A stretch of DNA of 64,000 nucleotides, taken from positions 79,060-143,059 of the forward strand of contig CAVPDI010000028.1 in assembly GCA_963702605.1 (NCBI GenBank). The letters run 5' to 3'. The DNA is from an uncultured Pseudomonadota bacterium. GTDB lineage: Bacteria > Pseudomonadota > Alphaproteobacteria > Rhizobiales > Xanthobacteraceae. The position numbers and the translations under genes were made by a program. Numbering within the stretch: the stretch's first letter is position 1; the number at the start of each line of letters is the position of its first letter. Under the pieces are notes generated by a model. It was not told the origin of the DNA. It saw nothing but the letters and a program-made list of their open reading frames with translations, and did not search any database. Positions 9,832 through 19,513 of this stretch are shown piece by piece.

Positions 9832-10605
9832 ATGCGCCAGCGCAAGATCGTTCCCGGCGTCGATCCGAAACTCCTGGTCAAGGACGCCGCCAGGCTGATG
9901 CCGGATGCCAGCCGTCGCGGCTTTCTGCGCGGAGCCGCAAGTCTCGGTGCGCTCGCATTTCTCACCGGATGCGACATCATTGACGGCGACACAGCTGAAG
10001 GAGTGCTACGCAAGATTTCCGGATTCAACGATGGGGCACAAGCCGCGTTGTTCAGCCGAACCAAGCTTGCGCCGACGTTTCCGGAAAGTGCGATCACAAG
10101 GCCGTTCCCGTTCAATGCCTATTACGACGAGGATGAGGCGCCAGAGGTGAATGGCGCTAGCTACAGGCTGGAAGTCGCCGGCCTGGTCGAGAACAAGAAG
10201 CCGTGGACTCTCGATGAGCTCCACGCACTTCCGGAGGTGTCGCAGATTACGCGTCACGTCTGCGTCGAGGGCTGGAGCGCGATCGGCTCATGGCAGGGCG
10301 CGCCGCTGTCGGAATTCCTCAAGCGGGTGGGCGCGGATACCCGCGCCAGGTATGTCTGGTTCAAATGCGCCGAGGGCTACACAAACACCATTGATATGGC
10401 GACCGCACTACATCCACAGACGCAGATGTCGTTCAAATTCGACAACAAGATCCTGCCGCGCGCGTACGGTTTCCCGATGAAAATCCGGATTCCCACGAAA
10501 CTGGGCTTCAAGAACCCGAAATATGTGGTGGCGATGGAAGTCACCAACACCGACAAGGGCGGCTACTGGGAAGACAAAGGCTATAATTGGTTCAGCGGCC
10601 TTTGA
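9832..10605 (+). CDS. Molybdopterin-dependent oxidoreductase, MsrP/YedY-like; Tat lipoprotein
   Basis: Tat SRRGFL plus lipobox LTGC; RHVCVEGWS (Mo-ligating Cys); GFPMKIRIPTKLGFKNPK; GYWED. Confidence 0.9.
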   Translation: MRQRKIVPGVDPKLLVKDAARLMPDASRRGFLRGAASLGALAFLTGCDIIDGDTAEGVLRKISGFNDGAQAALFSRTKLAPTFPESAITRPFPFNAYYDEDEAPEVNGASYRLEVAGLVENKKPWTLDELHALPEVSQITRHVCVEGWSAIGSWQGAPLSEFLKRVGADTRARYVWFKCAEGYTNTIDMATALHPQTQMSFKFDNKILPRAYGFPMKIRIPTKLGFKNPKYVVAMEVTNTDKGGYWEDKGYNWFSGL

Positions 10606-10645
10606 TTGCGCGCCTTGCCAAGCCTGTGATGGCTCGATAGCACTC

Positions 10646-10737
10646 CGTCATGCCCGGATTTGCGCCGGGCATCCACGCGTTGTTTTGCCCTTCGATACGG
10701 CAAGACGCGGATGGCCGGGCGGAGTCCGGCCATGGCG
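10646..10737. repeat. REP/BIME-like double palindrome
   Basis: GTCATGCCCGG..CCGGGCATCCACGC...GATGGCCGG..CCGGCCATG; same family as 60383 and 61741. Confidence 0.8.
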
Positions 10738-10764
10738 GTTTGGACATCAGGCGAGGTTTTGCGT

Positions 10765-11877
10765 ATGGCGACCCACAATCTGCTTCTTCTTCCCGGCGAC
10801 GGCATTGGCCCTGAAGTAATGGCCGAGGTGAAGCGCGTCATCGAGTTTTTCAATAAAAAAGGTCCTGAGAAATTCACCACCGAAGAGGCGCTGGTCGGGG
10901 GTTGTTGTTACGACGCGCACGGGGTCGCAATCACCGACGCGACAATGGAAAAGGCCAAGTCAGCCGACGCCATCATTTTCGGAGCGGTCGGCGGTCCGAA
11001 ATGGGACAAGGTGCCCTATGACGTGCGGCCCGAAGCGGGCCTGCTGCGCCTGCGCAAGGATCTTGACCTTTACGCCAACGTACGCCCGGCCATCGTATAT
11101 CCGGCGCTCGCGGATTCTTCTTCGCTCAAGCGCGAAGTGGTGGAAGGCCTTGATATTATCATTCTCCGCGAACTGACCGGCGGGGTGTATTTCGGTGAGC
11201 CCAAAACCATCACCGATCTCGGCAATGGCCAGAAGCGCGCCGTCGACACGCAGGTCTACGACACATATGAGATCGAGCGCATCGACCGTGTCGCCTTCGA
11301 ATTGGCGCGCAAACGACGCAACAAAGTCACCTCCATGGAAAAGCGCAACGTCATGAAAACCGGTGTGCTCTGGAACGAGGTGACGACTGCGTTGCACGCG
11401 CGCGAATTCAAGGACGTGCAGCTCGAGCATATGCTGGCGGATGCCGGTGGCATGCAGCTGGTGCGCTGGCCCAAGCAATTCGACGTCATCGTGACCGATA
11501 ATCTGTTTGGTGACGTGCTTTCGGATATCGCCGCGACCTTGACCGGTTCGCTCGGGATGCTGCCATCGGCGTCGCTCGGGGAAGTTGATCCCAAGACGCG
11601 CAAGCGCAAGGCGCTTTACGAGCCGGTACATGGTTCGGCGCCGGATATTGCGGGCAAGGGAATTGCGAACCCGATTGCCATGATCGCCTCGTTCGGAATG
11701 GCAATGCGCTATTCATTCAATCTCGGAAAACAGGCCGATTGGATTGATCAAGCCATTTCAGCGGCACTGGCCAACGGCTTGCGCACAGCCGACATCAAGT
11801 CGGCTGGGACAAAGGTCGTGTCGACGTCCGAAATGGGTACAGCGATTTTGGACGAGTTGGAAAAACTGTCGGCCTAA
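10765..11877 (+). CDS. leuB: 3-isopropylmalate dehydrogenase
   Basis: [41 protein letters not shown]. Confidence 0.97.
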   Translation: MATHNLLLLPGDGIGPEVMAEVKRVIEFFNKKGPEKFTTEEALVGGCCYDAHGVAITDATMEKAKSADAIIFGAVGGPKWDKVPYDVRPEAGLLRLRKDLDLYANVRPAIVYPALADSSSLKREVVEGLDIIILRELTGGVYFGEPKTITDLGNGQKRAVDTQVYDTYEIERIDRVAFELARKRRNKVTSMEKRNVMKTGVLWNEVTTALHAREFKDVQLEHMLADAGGMQLVRWPKQFDVIVTDNLFGDVLSDIAATLTGSLGMLPSASLGEVDPKTRKRKALYEPVHGSAPDIAGKGIANPIAMIASFGMAMRYSFNLGKQADWIDQAISAALANGLRTADIKSAGTKVVSTSEMGTAILDELEKLSA

Positions 11878-11957
11878 GTACTCCGCTGGCGTGCGGATAA
11901 GGCCAATCGCGGAAAAGCGCTTGACGAATCGCCATGCGCCCCTTCCATATTTAGTTG

Positions 11958-12148
11958 TCACGGTCTTCCGCTTCTATATTTTGTAGGCGCGGAAGCTAAG
12001 AGGGAACTCGGTGCGTCGGCAACGACTAATCCGAGGCTGCCCCCGCAACTGTAAGCGGTGAGCGGCTGTCATCTACAGGTCACTGGTGCTGGACGCGCCG
12101 GGAAGACCGACAGCTGCTACGACCCGCGAGCCAGGAGACCTGCCGTGA
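11958..12148 (+). promoter_or_regulatory. Cobalamin (B12) riboswitch
   Basis: AAGAGGGAA-CTCGGTG, CTGCCCCCGCAACTGTAA, CACTG..GGGAAG and B12 box GAGCCAGGAGACCTGCC; P1 TCACGG/CCGTGA. Confidence 0.95.
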
Positions 12149-12262
12149 TCGATGAAACGTCCTCGGGCGGGGTGCCCCGGTGGGTCGCTTGCAGCCGGCC
12201 GCCAATGCCGGTTTTTTGACAAGCATCCGCTCGGCCTCGGCCCCAACATTACGGGGTTGCAG

Positions 12263-14215
12263 ATGGCTTTTGCTTTCGACTTCGATCAAACGGGCCAATT
12301 GGTTCAACCGTGCGCCAACACGCCAAGGCGCGATCCCAAGCGGGTTGAGCACCTGCGCTCAGCCGCAAGCGAGCAGCCGGTTGGAATTTCGGGGCGAGCC
12401 CAACTTCCGGCGCCCCTCGCGCGTCGCCCGAAACCGGCCGACCTCAACCTCGATCGCGCACGGGATGGTCTCCTCACCGTTTTCGGTAAGGCGACGCTCA
12501 CTGACCGGTACATTATGCCCGACGAAAGCTTTCAAGACATGTTTGCTCGTGTCGCATGTGCATTCGCCGACGATGTCGATCATGCCCAACGGCTTTACGA
12601 TGCGATGTCGCGGCTCTGGTTCATGCCGGCGACGCCGATTTTGTCGAATGGCGGAACCACGCGCGGTCTTCCTATTTCGTGCTTCCTGAACGCCGTCCCG
12701 GACTCCCTAAATGGCATTGTGACGACCTGGAACGAAAACGTGTGGCTCGCCTCAAGCGGCGGCGGCATCGGGACCTATTGGGGACAGGTGCGCTCGATCG
12801 GGGAAACGGTGAAGGGAGGCGAGACTTCCGGAATCATCCCGTTCATTCATGTCATGGACGGGCTGACGCTTGCGATCAGCCAAGGTTCGCTGCGCCGCGG
12901 TTCCGCGGCGGTCTATCTCGACATTCATCATCCAGAGATTGAGGAGTTTCTTGAGATCCGCAAGCCCTCCGGTGACTTCAACCGCAAAGGTCTCAACCTT
13001 CATCATGGCATCAATGTCACAGACGCCTTCATGCACGCTGTTCGGACCGGCGCGATGTTTCCGCTGCGCAGTCCGAAGACCAATGAAATACGACGCGAAG
13101 TCGATGCCCGGCAACTCTGGCAAAGAATTCTGGAAACGCGTTTGCAGACGGGCGAGCCCTATCTGCTGTTCATTGATGCGGTCAATCGGGCACTTCCGAA
13201 GCATCAACGAGAGCTGGGGTTAAAGGTCACTACGTCCAATCTTTGCAGCGAGATCACGCTGCCGACCGGCATCGACCATCGCGGCGACGACCGTACGGCG
13301 GTGTGCTGTCTGTCGTCCCTCAATGTCGAGACCTGGGATCAGTGGTGCGATGCTCCGTATTTCATCGAAGATGTCATGCGTTTCCTGGACAACGTGCTGA
13401 CGCATTTTATCTCGGTGGCTCCCGATGGAATGAAACGCGCGCGCTACGCAGCACTTCGCGAGCGATCCGTAGGCTTGGGGGTCATGGGTCTCCACTCGTT
13501 TTTGCAGTCAAAGAGCATTCCATTCGAAAGCGCACTGGCGAAATCCTGGAATTTGAAGTTGTTTCGCAAAATTCGCCGGGATGCCGATGCCGCATCGGTT
13601 AGTCTCGCAAAAGAACGCGGCTCGTGCCCAGATGCCCTGGAGCGTGGCGTCGCGGCTCGCTTCAGCCACAAGTTGGCGATCGCGCCTACCGCGTCCATCA
13701 GCATCATCTGCGGCGGCACCAGCGCCTGTGTCGAACCGATTCCGGCCAATATCTATACCCATAAAACATTGTCGGGTGCGGTATCGGTCCGCAATCCACA
13801 TCTTGCGGGGCTTCTTGCGGCAAAAGCCGCCGATACGCCCGAAATATGGAAATCGATTATCGAGCACGAAGGTTCGGTCGCGCATCTTACGGTGCTGAGC
13901 GACCACGAGAAAGCAATCTTCCGGACTGCTTTCGAGATCGATCAGCGCTGGGTCATCGAATTGGCCGCGGATCGTGCGCCATTCATCTGCCAGAGCCAGT
14001 CTATCAATCTCTATCTTTCTGCCGATATCGATAAGTGGGACCTCCACATGCTGCACTGGACCGCGTGGAAGCGCGGCATCAAGAGTCTCTACTATTGCCG
14101 TTCCAAGTCGATCTCTCGGGCAGCCTTCGCCGGGAAACTTGCCGGAACCGAACGTACTACGCAGGTTTCCCGCAACGCGCGGCACGACTATGAGGAGTGC
14201 CTCGCATGTCAGTGA
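12263..14215 (+). CDS. nrdA: Class Ia ribonucleotide reductase alpha subunit, no recognisable ATP-cone
   Basis: PATPILSN, ISCF, SNLCSEI, AIAPTAS, KSLYYCR and C-terminal ECLACQ. Confidence 0.95.
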   Translation: MAFAFDFDQTGQLVQPCANTPRRDPKRVEHLRSAASEQPVGISGRAQLPAPLARRPKPADLNLDRARDGLLTVFGKATLTDRYIMPDESFQDMFARVACAFADDVDHAQRLYDAMSRLWFMPATPILSNGGTTRGLPISCFLNAVPDSLNGIVTTWNENVWLASSGGGIGTYWGQVRSIGETVKGGETSGIIPFIHVMDGLTLAISQGSLRRGSAAVYLDIHHPEIEEFLEIRKPSGDFNRKGLNLHHGINVTDAFMHAVRTGAMFPLRSPKTNEIRREVDARQLWQRILETRLQTGEPYLLFIDAVNRALPKHQRELGLKVTTSNLCSEITLPTGIDHRGDDRTAVCCLSSLNVETWDQWCDAPYFIEDVMRFLDNVLTHFISVAPDGMKRARYAALRERSVGLGVMGLHSFLQSKSIPFESALAKSWNLKLFRKIRRDADAASVSLAKERGSCPDALERGVAARFSHKLAIAPTASISIICGGTSACVEPIPANIYTHKTLSGAVSVRNPHLAGLLAAKAADTPEIWKSIIEHEGSVAHLTVLSDHEKAIFRTAFEIDQRWVIELAADRAPFICQSQSINLYLSADIDKWDLHMLHWTAWKRGIKSLYYCRSKSISRAAFAGKLAGTERTTQVSRNARHDYEECLACQ

Positions 14216-15291
14216 TGACGCCGCTCTCCGAGGCCGATCCGCGTGCGCTGATCGGCAAGGGCCGTGTCGGCCTCCTCGATTCGACCGGCTCCTATGATGT
14301 TGATCGCTACGGCTGGGCTTATGAATTCTGGAAACGCCAGCAGCAAACGCACTGGATGGGCGAGGAGGTTCCGCTCGGCGCCGATCTGAAGGACTGGGCG
14401 TCCGATCGCGTTTCTCCAAACGAACGCGCGCTGCTCACCCAGATTTTCCGTTTCTTCACGCAATCCGACATCGAAGTCGGCGACAATTACCTCAAGCGCT
14501 ACATTCCGATCTTTCAGCCGCTTGCGGTGCAGATGATGATGGCCGCATTCACGAATATGGAGACTGTCCATATCGATGCCTATGCGCTGCTTTTGAAAAC
14601 GCTCGGAATGCCCAAAACGGAATTCGAAGCATTCCGCGATTATTCGGAGATGCGGGCCAAATCCGACTACATGCATGAATTCGGCGTCAACACCGTCGCG
14701 GATGTAGCTCGGACGCTGGCGATGTTCGGAGCCTTCACTGAAGGGATGGCCCTGTTTGCAAGTTTTGCGATGCTACTCAATTTTCCGCGCCACAACAAAA
14801 TGAACGGAATGGGCCAGATCGTGAGTTGGTCGGTGCGCGATGAGAGCCTGCATTGCGAGGGCGTCATCAAGCTATTTCACGAATGGAATCGCGAGACCGG
14901 CGCGGTAACTCGTACGGTGCGTGACGATATCGTCGATGTCGCCAAGACGATGGTCGGACTGGAAGAGCGGTTTGTCGATCTCGCGTTCGGCCTGGGGGCT
15001 ATAGACGGCATGTGTCCGGACGACATTCACGCGTATGTGCGATATGTCGCGGATTGGCGACTCACGCAACTTCGTCTGCCGACCGTGTTTGGGTACTTCG
15101 AAACGGTAGAAGGCGGTTACCGCCAGGCGAGGCCTCATCCATTGCCTTGGCTGGTCGAGATACTGAACGGGGTCGAGCACGCAAATTTCTTCGAACAGCG
15201 CGCGACGGAATATTCGAAGGGTGCCAGCACAGGTGCGTGGGATGGCGATGAAGGGGTGTGGGTGAAATTCGACGGTGCCCCGTCGTGTTGA
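14206..15291 (+). CDS. nrdB: Class Ia ribonucleotide reductase beta subunit
   Basis: FFTQSD, ETVHIDAY (radical Tyr), FTEG, RDESLH, NFFE; GAGGAG RBS inside the nrdA 3' end. Confidence 0.95.
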   Translation: MSVMTPLSEADPRALIGKGRVGLLDSTGSYDVDRYGWAYEFWKRQQQTHWMGEEVPLGADLKDWASDRVSPNERALLTQIFRFFTQSDIEVGDNYLKRYIPIFQPLAVQMMMAAFTNMETVHIDAYALLLKTLGMPKTEFEAFRDYSEMRAKSDYMHEFGVNTVADVARTLAMFGAFTEGMALFASFAMLLNFPRHNKMNGMGQIVSWSVRDESLHCEGVIKLFHEWNRETGAVTRTVRDDIVDVAKTMVGLEERFVDLAFGLGAIDGMCPDDIHAYVRYVADWRLTQLRLPTVFGYFETVEGGYRQARPHPLPWLVEILNGVEHANFFEQRATEYSKGASTGAWDGDEGVWVKFDGAPSC

Positions 15292-15333
15292 CCACGAAAA
15301 GCGCGGCGCTAATGCCGCGCCAGTCCTGCCGGC

Positions 15334-15699
15334 CTAAAACTGCAGCCAGGGATTATTCTTGCTCGGCAGCGTCCAGGGCCCCGGGAGCGAGGTCGTGTGG
15401 CCCCCGAAGGTCGTGTTGTCCAGAATTCCGGACGCGCGATGGTTCGGCAGGACAGCGTAATCATGATCGCCTCGCTCGTCCAGGAAAGTCTCCGTTCCCG
15501 GATCGAGATAGGAGCGCTTCTGGATGATGATGCGGGTGCGCGTGCGGCCATCCTCGTCGCGGCTGACTTGCACGGTGCGGTCGCGGTTATAGGCCACGGT
15601 TCTCTTCTTCGTCTGGTTGGTCTGGGCGTCCGCCGGCAGGCTCAGCAGGGCTGCGGCCCCGATAATCGCGAATGCGGCTGCGACGACTTTCAGTTTCAT
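15334..15699 (-). CDS. Secreted hypothetical protein
   Basis: Signal peptide MKLKVVAAAF..ADA; GAGG RBS; IIIQKRSYLDPGT. Confidence 0.7.
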   Translation of the reverse strand: MKLKVVAAAFAIIGAAALLSLPADAQTNQTKKRTVAYNRDRTVQVSRDEDGRTRTRIIIQKRSYLDPGTETFLDERGDHDYAVLPNHRASGILDNTTFGGHTTSLPGPWTLPSKNNPWLQF

Positions 15700-15795
15700 G
15701 GGGTCCTCGACCATTGGCCTCTATGTTGCAACGCAGTTTAGCGGGGTTCGGTTTCACATAACAGGCCTCAATCGGGCTATATGACGGTAAAGTCT

Positions 15796-15822
15796 AAAAA
15801 AAGCCCCGCCGCGAGGCGGGGC
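15796..15822 (-). terminator. Rho-independent terminator after sorB
   Basis: GCCCCGCC-TCGC-GGCGGGGC followed by T7 on the minus strand. Confidence 0.85.
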
Positions 15823-15851
15823 CGAGAAATTCTTTTCTGATATGCCCAGTA

Positions 15852-16139
15852 TCAGACGCCGTAATTCTTCTTCAGATAGTCTGCGATAGCCTTGGCGTCC
15901 GCGTCGTCGATCGGTGCGCCATAGGCCTTGATCATTTTGGTCACCTCCGCATCCCAACCCGCTCCGTTGAGGAACGGCGAGTTCATGGGAATGTAGGCGA
16001 GGGTGTGACACGCTTGGCAATTGGACTCGACTTTATCGAGGCCTGGCCCCTTTTTCAGCTGTATCGCCTTGTCCTGGGCAGCCGCGGGAAGCGCGATCAG
16101 TGCGGCAGCAACAACAATCACGAGTGTCCGCATGGTCAT
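15852..16139 (-). CDS. sorB: Monoheme cytochrome c, sulfite:cytochrome c oxidoreductase subunit B type
   Basis: Signal peptide, CQACH, WDAEVTKMIKAYGAPI; directly downstream of the sorA-like gene. Confidence 0.88.
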   Translation of the reverse strand: MTMRTLVIVVAAALIALPAAAQDKAIQLKKGPGLDKVESNCQACHTLAYIPMNSPFLNGAGWDAEVTKMIKAYGAPIDDADAKAIADYLKKNYGV

Positions 16140-16145
16140 CCTCCC

Positions 16146-17373
16146 CTAGCTCGCCATCAGCGAGATGTTTTGCATGACATTGTTGTGATAGCCGGCCGGA
16201 TTGAAAATAAGTTCGGACGTCTGGCTCTGGCCGATCTTGTTCGTTGCGTTCACCATCACGGTGTTCTTGCCGCGCTTGGCGGATAGATCGAAGCTCCACG
16301 GCCGGAACGCGAAACGTCCGAGGTCCGGGCCGAGCTTTGCAGAGTCCCAGGTCTTGCCACCATCGGCGGAGACTTCAACCGAACGAATGCCGTATCCGCC
16401 ATCCCAGGCCTGACCGCTGACGGTAACTTTGCCGGCTTTCACCTTGTCGCCGTCGCGATGGCTGGTGATCAGCGAATTCACGACAATTTCGGTGATCGGC
16501 GTGCTGGCCGCGTTTTCTTGACTGATGAACCGGTCCCGGATCGGGAACTTGCCGACGGGGATGCGATAGGCAGGATTCATCCAGAAGCCGCCTTGCGGTT
16601 TGGTGATCGCGTTGATTGCGTTGACGTGCTTCATCCAATAGGTGCCGGTCCAGCCCGGGACGACGATGCGGGCGGGGAAGCCATTGAAATGTGGCAGCGG
16701 CTGACCGTTCATTTCGTATGCGATGATCGTGGAGTCCTCGATTGCCTTCCAGACCGGAATGCTTTTGATGAAGTCTGGTGTCGTGTTGATGGCCGGACCA
16801 TCAGCGCCGCCGAATGAAATCTCAATCGTTTCCTTTTTCAGCCCGGCCTTGTCGAGCACGTCCTTAAGCTTGGCACCCTTCCAACGCGCGCAACCCACGG
16901 CGCCATAGCCCCACTCCACACCGGCGACGTGCGGTTTCGACAAGCCGCGGCGATTGCCCGAACACTGATTGACCGCTACGACTTCCACGGCGGGCATTTT
17001 TTTCAGGTCGTCAAGCGTCAACTCCGCCGTTCCATTGGCGCCGTCGCCGCCGACCGCGATCTTGTAAGATTTCGCATCTACGTTGGGAATGTCCGACAAG
17101 TGATAGCGCACGAAAAACTGATCGTTCGGCGTGATCTGCGTGCGCAAATATTCGAGCGGCGCCTCGTAGTTCGGCGGGCGATCAGCGAGCTGGATCAGCG
17201 GCTTCTTGCCTGGCAACGTGCCCATTGTCGCAATACTTGCGACGCCTTCCGGCACACCCGGCGTCAGATTGACTCCTGCCGCGATGGCTTCGGAAAATTT
17301 TGGGCTTAGTCCGGATACGGCTAGCGCAGCGCCTGCGCCCGGCGGTCTCAAGCAAATGACGTCGTGTGATCAT
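16146..17373 (-). CDS. sorA: Sulfite oxidase-family molybdoenzyme, SorA type; frameshift near 17339 in the Tat signal
   Basis: MITRRHLLETAG joins AGAALAVS after removing one G; FFVRYH, QCSGNRR, NGFPARIVVPGW, NPAGYHNN. Confidence 0.88.
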
Positions 17374-17542
17374 CGTTCCTCTCCCCGGAGGTTCGCTGAA
17401 GCCAATCGGTCGCCACCGCAGCTTCAGATATTCTTATTCGAATATGATCCGATGATTTTTGAACCCGGTCAATCGTTCCTGCGCGCCCAGATGCTGCGCC
17501 GCGGCTACAATCTCACGGGGTGGGACTATGCTGACAACTCGA

Positions 17543-18327
17543 TCAGCGCCCAATGCGGCGGGGCTGCGGTCGGTTCGCCAATGCTTTCCAGAGCAAGTGG
17601 TATTTCGGCGTTGCGGCCAGAATCGGATCGTGCTGGCCGCAATAACTGCGATGAAGCTCCGCTTGCGCAAACAGCGCGCCGACTTTCGGCTCGCTCCCGG
17701 CGGACAGCAGAGTGAGCCGGTCGAGCGCGCAGGCGATCGTTGAACCTTCGATGAGCGCACCACCCTGGCAGAACCAGCCTGAAAGTTGCAGACGCGGATC
17801 GGCATAGCTTGCGGCCGAAAGCGCGGCATTCCCGATGCGCGCCGGCGGTCGTCCTGAAGGTCGCTGTGCCGAGCGGACCAAATTTAGTGTCGAGTGGCTC
17901 GGAGCTCCCTTCGAAGATCGACAGGGCTGAGAGATGCAGCCTCATCCGCGATTGCTTGGAGCATCGGCTCAAATTCATCGAGTTCGTTACCCGGCCGATA
18001 GATCTCAACCTGCAGGAAGGGCGCCGAAGAATCTTCTTCTCCAAGCGTCAGGATGTCCTTGCGGCCACCCCCGAAAATATGACGGAGAATTGCGTAGCTG
18101 GCCGGGACGTCAGCGGCTTCGGGAATTGACAATGTGAAGGCCGGAATTGGCCGCTCAACCGCAATCCATTCCGCCTCATGAGCGGGTGCGATCGCACTCG
18201 TCACTTTCTTTGATTGGACGATATAGGTTGCGGCAGTGGACAAAAGGACGATCGCACCCAGATATGCGAGAAGGCGCACGAAACTGGATGGCAACTCGTC
18301 GCGCCAGGAGCGAAGGGCCGGATGCAT
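17543..18327 (-). CDS. Membrane-anchored hypothetical protein split by two frameshifts (about 17915 and 17815)
   Basis: Three consecutive frame segments join coherently: MHPALRSW..TM..VEIYRPG / SEPLDTKFGPL..ECRAF / LQLSGWFCQG..CALDRLTL..FAQAEL. Confidence 0.6.
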
Positions 18328-18437
18328 GATGCTGTCGGCAGGTTGCCGTTGTGTTGAGTAGTGTTCTCGCCTAGAAGCGCTGCCAACCGGTTGCCCCTTA
18401 CCAGGGGGCGGTGGTAATTTATTCCGGAGCGTTAACA

Positions 18438-19473
18438 ATGGGTTACAAAGTCGCCGTGGTCGGCGCCACCGGCAATGTCGGGCGCGAGATGCTCGGCATC
18501 CTGGCCGAGCGCAAATTTCCCGCCGACGAAGTCGTCGCGCTCGCATCGCGACGCAGCCTCGGCGTGGAGTGCTCGTTCGGCGACAAGACGCTGAAGGTCA
18601 AGGCGCTAGACCATTTCGATTTCTCCGACGTCGACATCTGCCTGATGTCGGCGGGCGGTGCTGTGTCAAAGGAATGGTCGCCGAAGATCGCGGCACAAGG
18701 TGCGGTGGTGATCGACAATTCCTCCGCCTGGCGGATGGATCCGGACGTTCCGCTGATCGTGCCCGAGGTGAATGCGGACGCCATCGCGAGCTTCACGAAG
18801 AAGAATATTATTGCAAATCCAAATTGCTCGACCGCGCAGCTCGTGGTCGCCCTCAAAGCCATTGCACGACAAGGCGCGAATCAAGCGTGTCGTGGTCGCG
18901 ACCTATCAATCTGTCTCGGGTGCCGGCAAGGAAGCGATGGACGAGCTCTTTTCGCAGAGCAAGGCTGTGTTCACGCTCGACGAAGTGCAGACAAAGATAT
19001 TCTCCAAGCGAATCGCGTTCAACGTTATCCCGCACATCGACGTGTTCATGGAAGACGGATACACCAAGGAAGAATGGAAGATGGTGGTCGAGACCAAGAA
19101 GATCCTCGATCCCAAGATCAAGCTCACCGCGACTTGTGTGCGCGTGCCGGTCTTTGTCGGTCATTCGGAAGCGGTCAATATCGAGTTCGAACAGCCGATT
19201 ACAGCAGATGAAGCGCGTGACATTCTACGTCATGCTCCCGGCTGCCTCGTAATCGACAAGCACGAGCCGGGCGGATACGTCACGCCTTACGAATGTGTCG
19301 GCGAAGATGCGACGTATATCAGCCGGATTCGAGAGGACGGGACGATCGAGAACGGCCTGCAAATATGGATCGTGTCGGACAACCTGCGCAAAGGCGCCGC
19401 GCTCAATGCGGTGCAGATCGCCGAGTGTCTGATCAATCGCAAGCTGATCCAGGCAAAGCGTCGGGCCGCCTAG
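18438..19473 (+). CDS. asd: Aspartate-semialdehyde dehydrogenase; frameshift near 18856
   Basis: VVGATGNVG, IANPNCST, then LKPLH..TYQSVSGAG..DNLRKGAALNAVQ after removing one A in CTCAAAGCC. Confidence 0.95.
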
Positions 19474-19513
19474 GCTTTCTGCAGCTAGACCATTTCTGCG
19501 GCTTTTGCGTCTG

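Noticed and set aside
12152-12262. Longer nrdA start given by the ORF track
   Set aside because: It overlaps the riboswitch expression platform; ATG 12263 is more plausible.
14206-15291. Metal-free (class Ie) or Mn/Fe (class Ic) RNR beta subunit
   Set aside because: The Asp/Glu/His ligands and radical Tyr are canonical, and there is no nrdI nearby.
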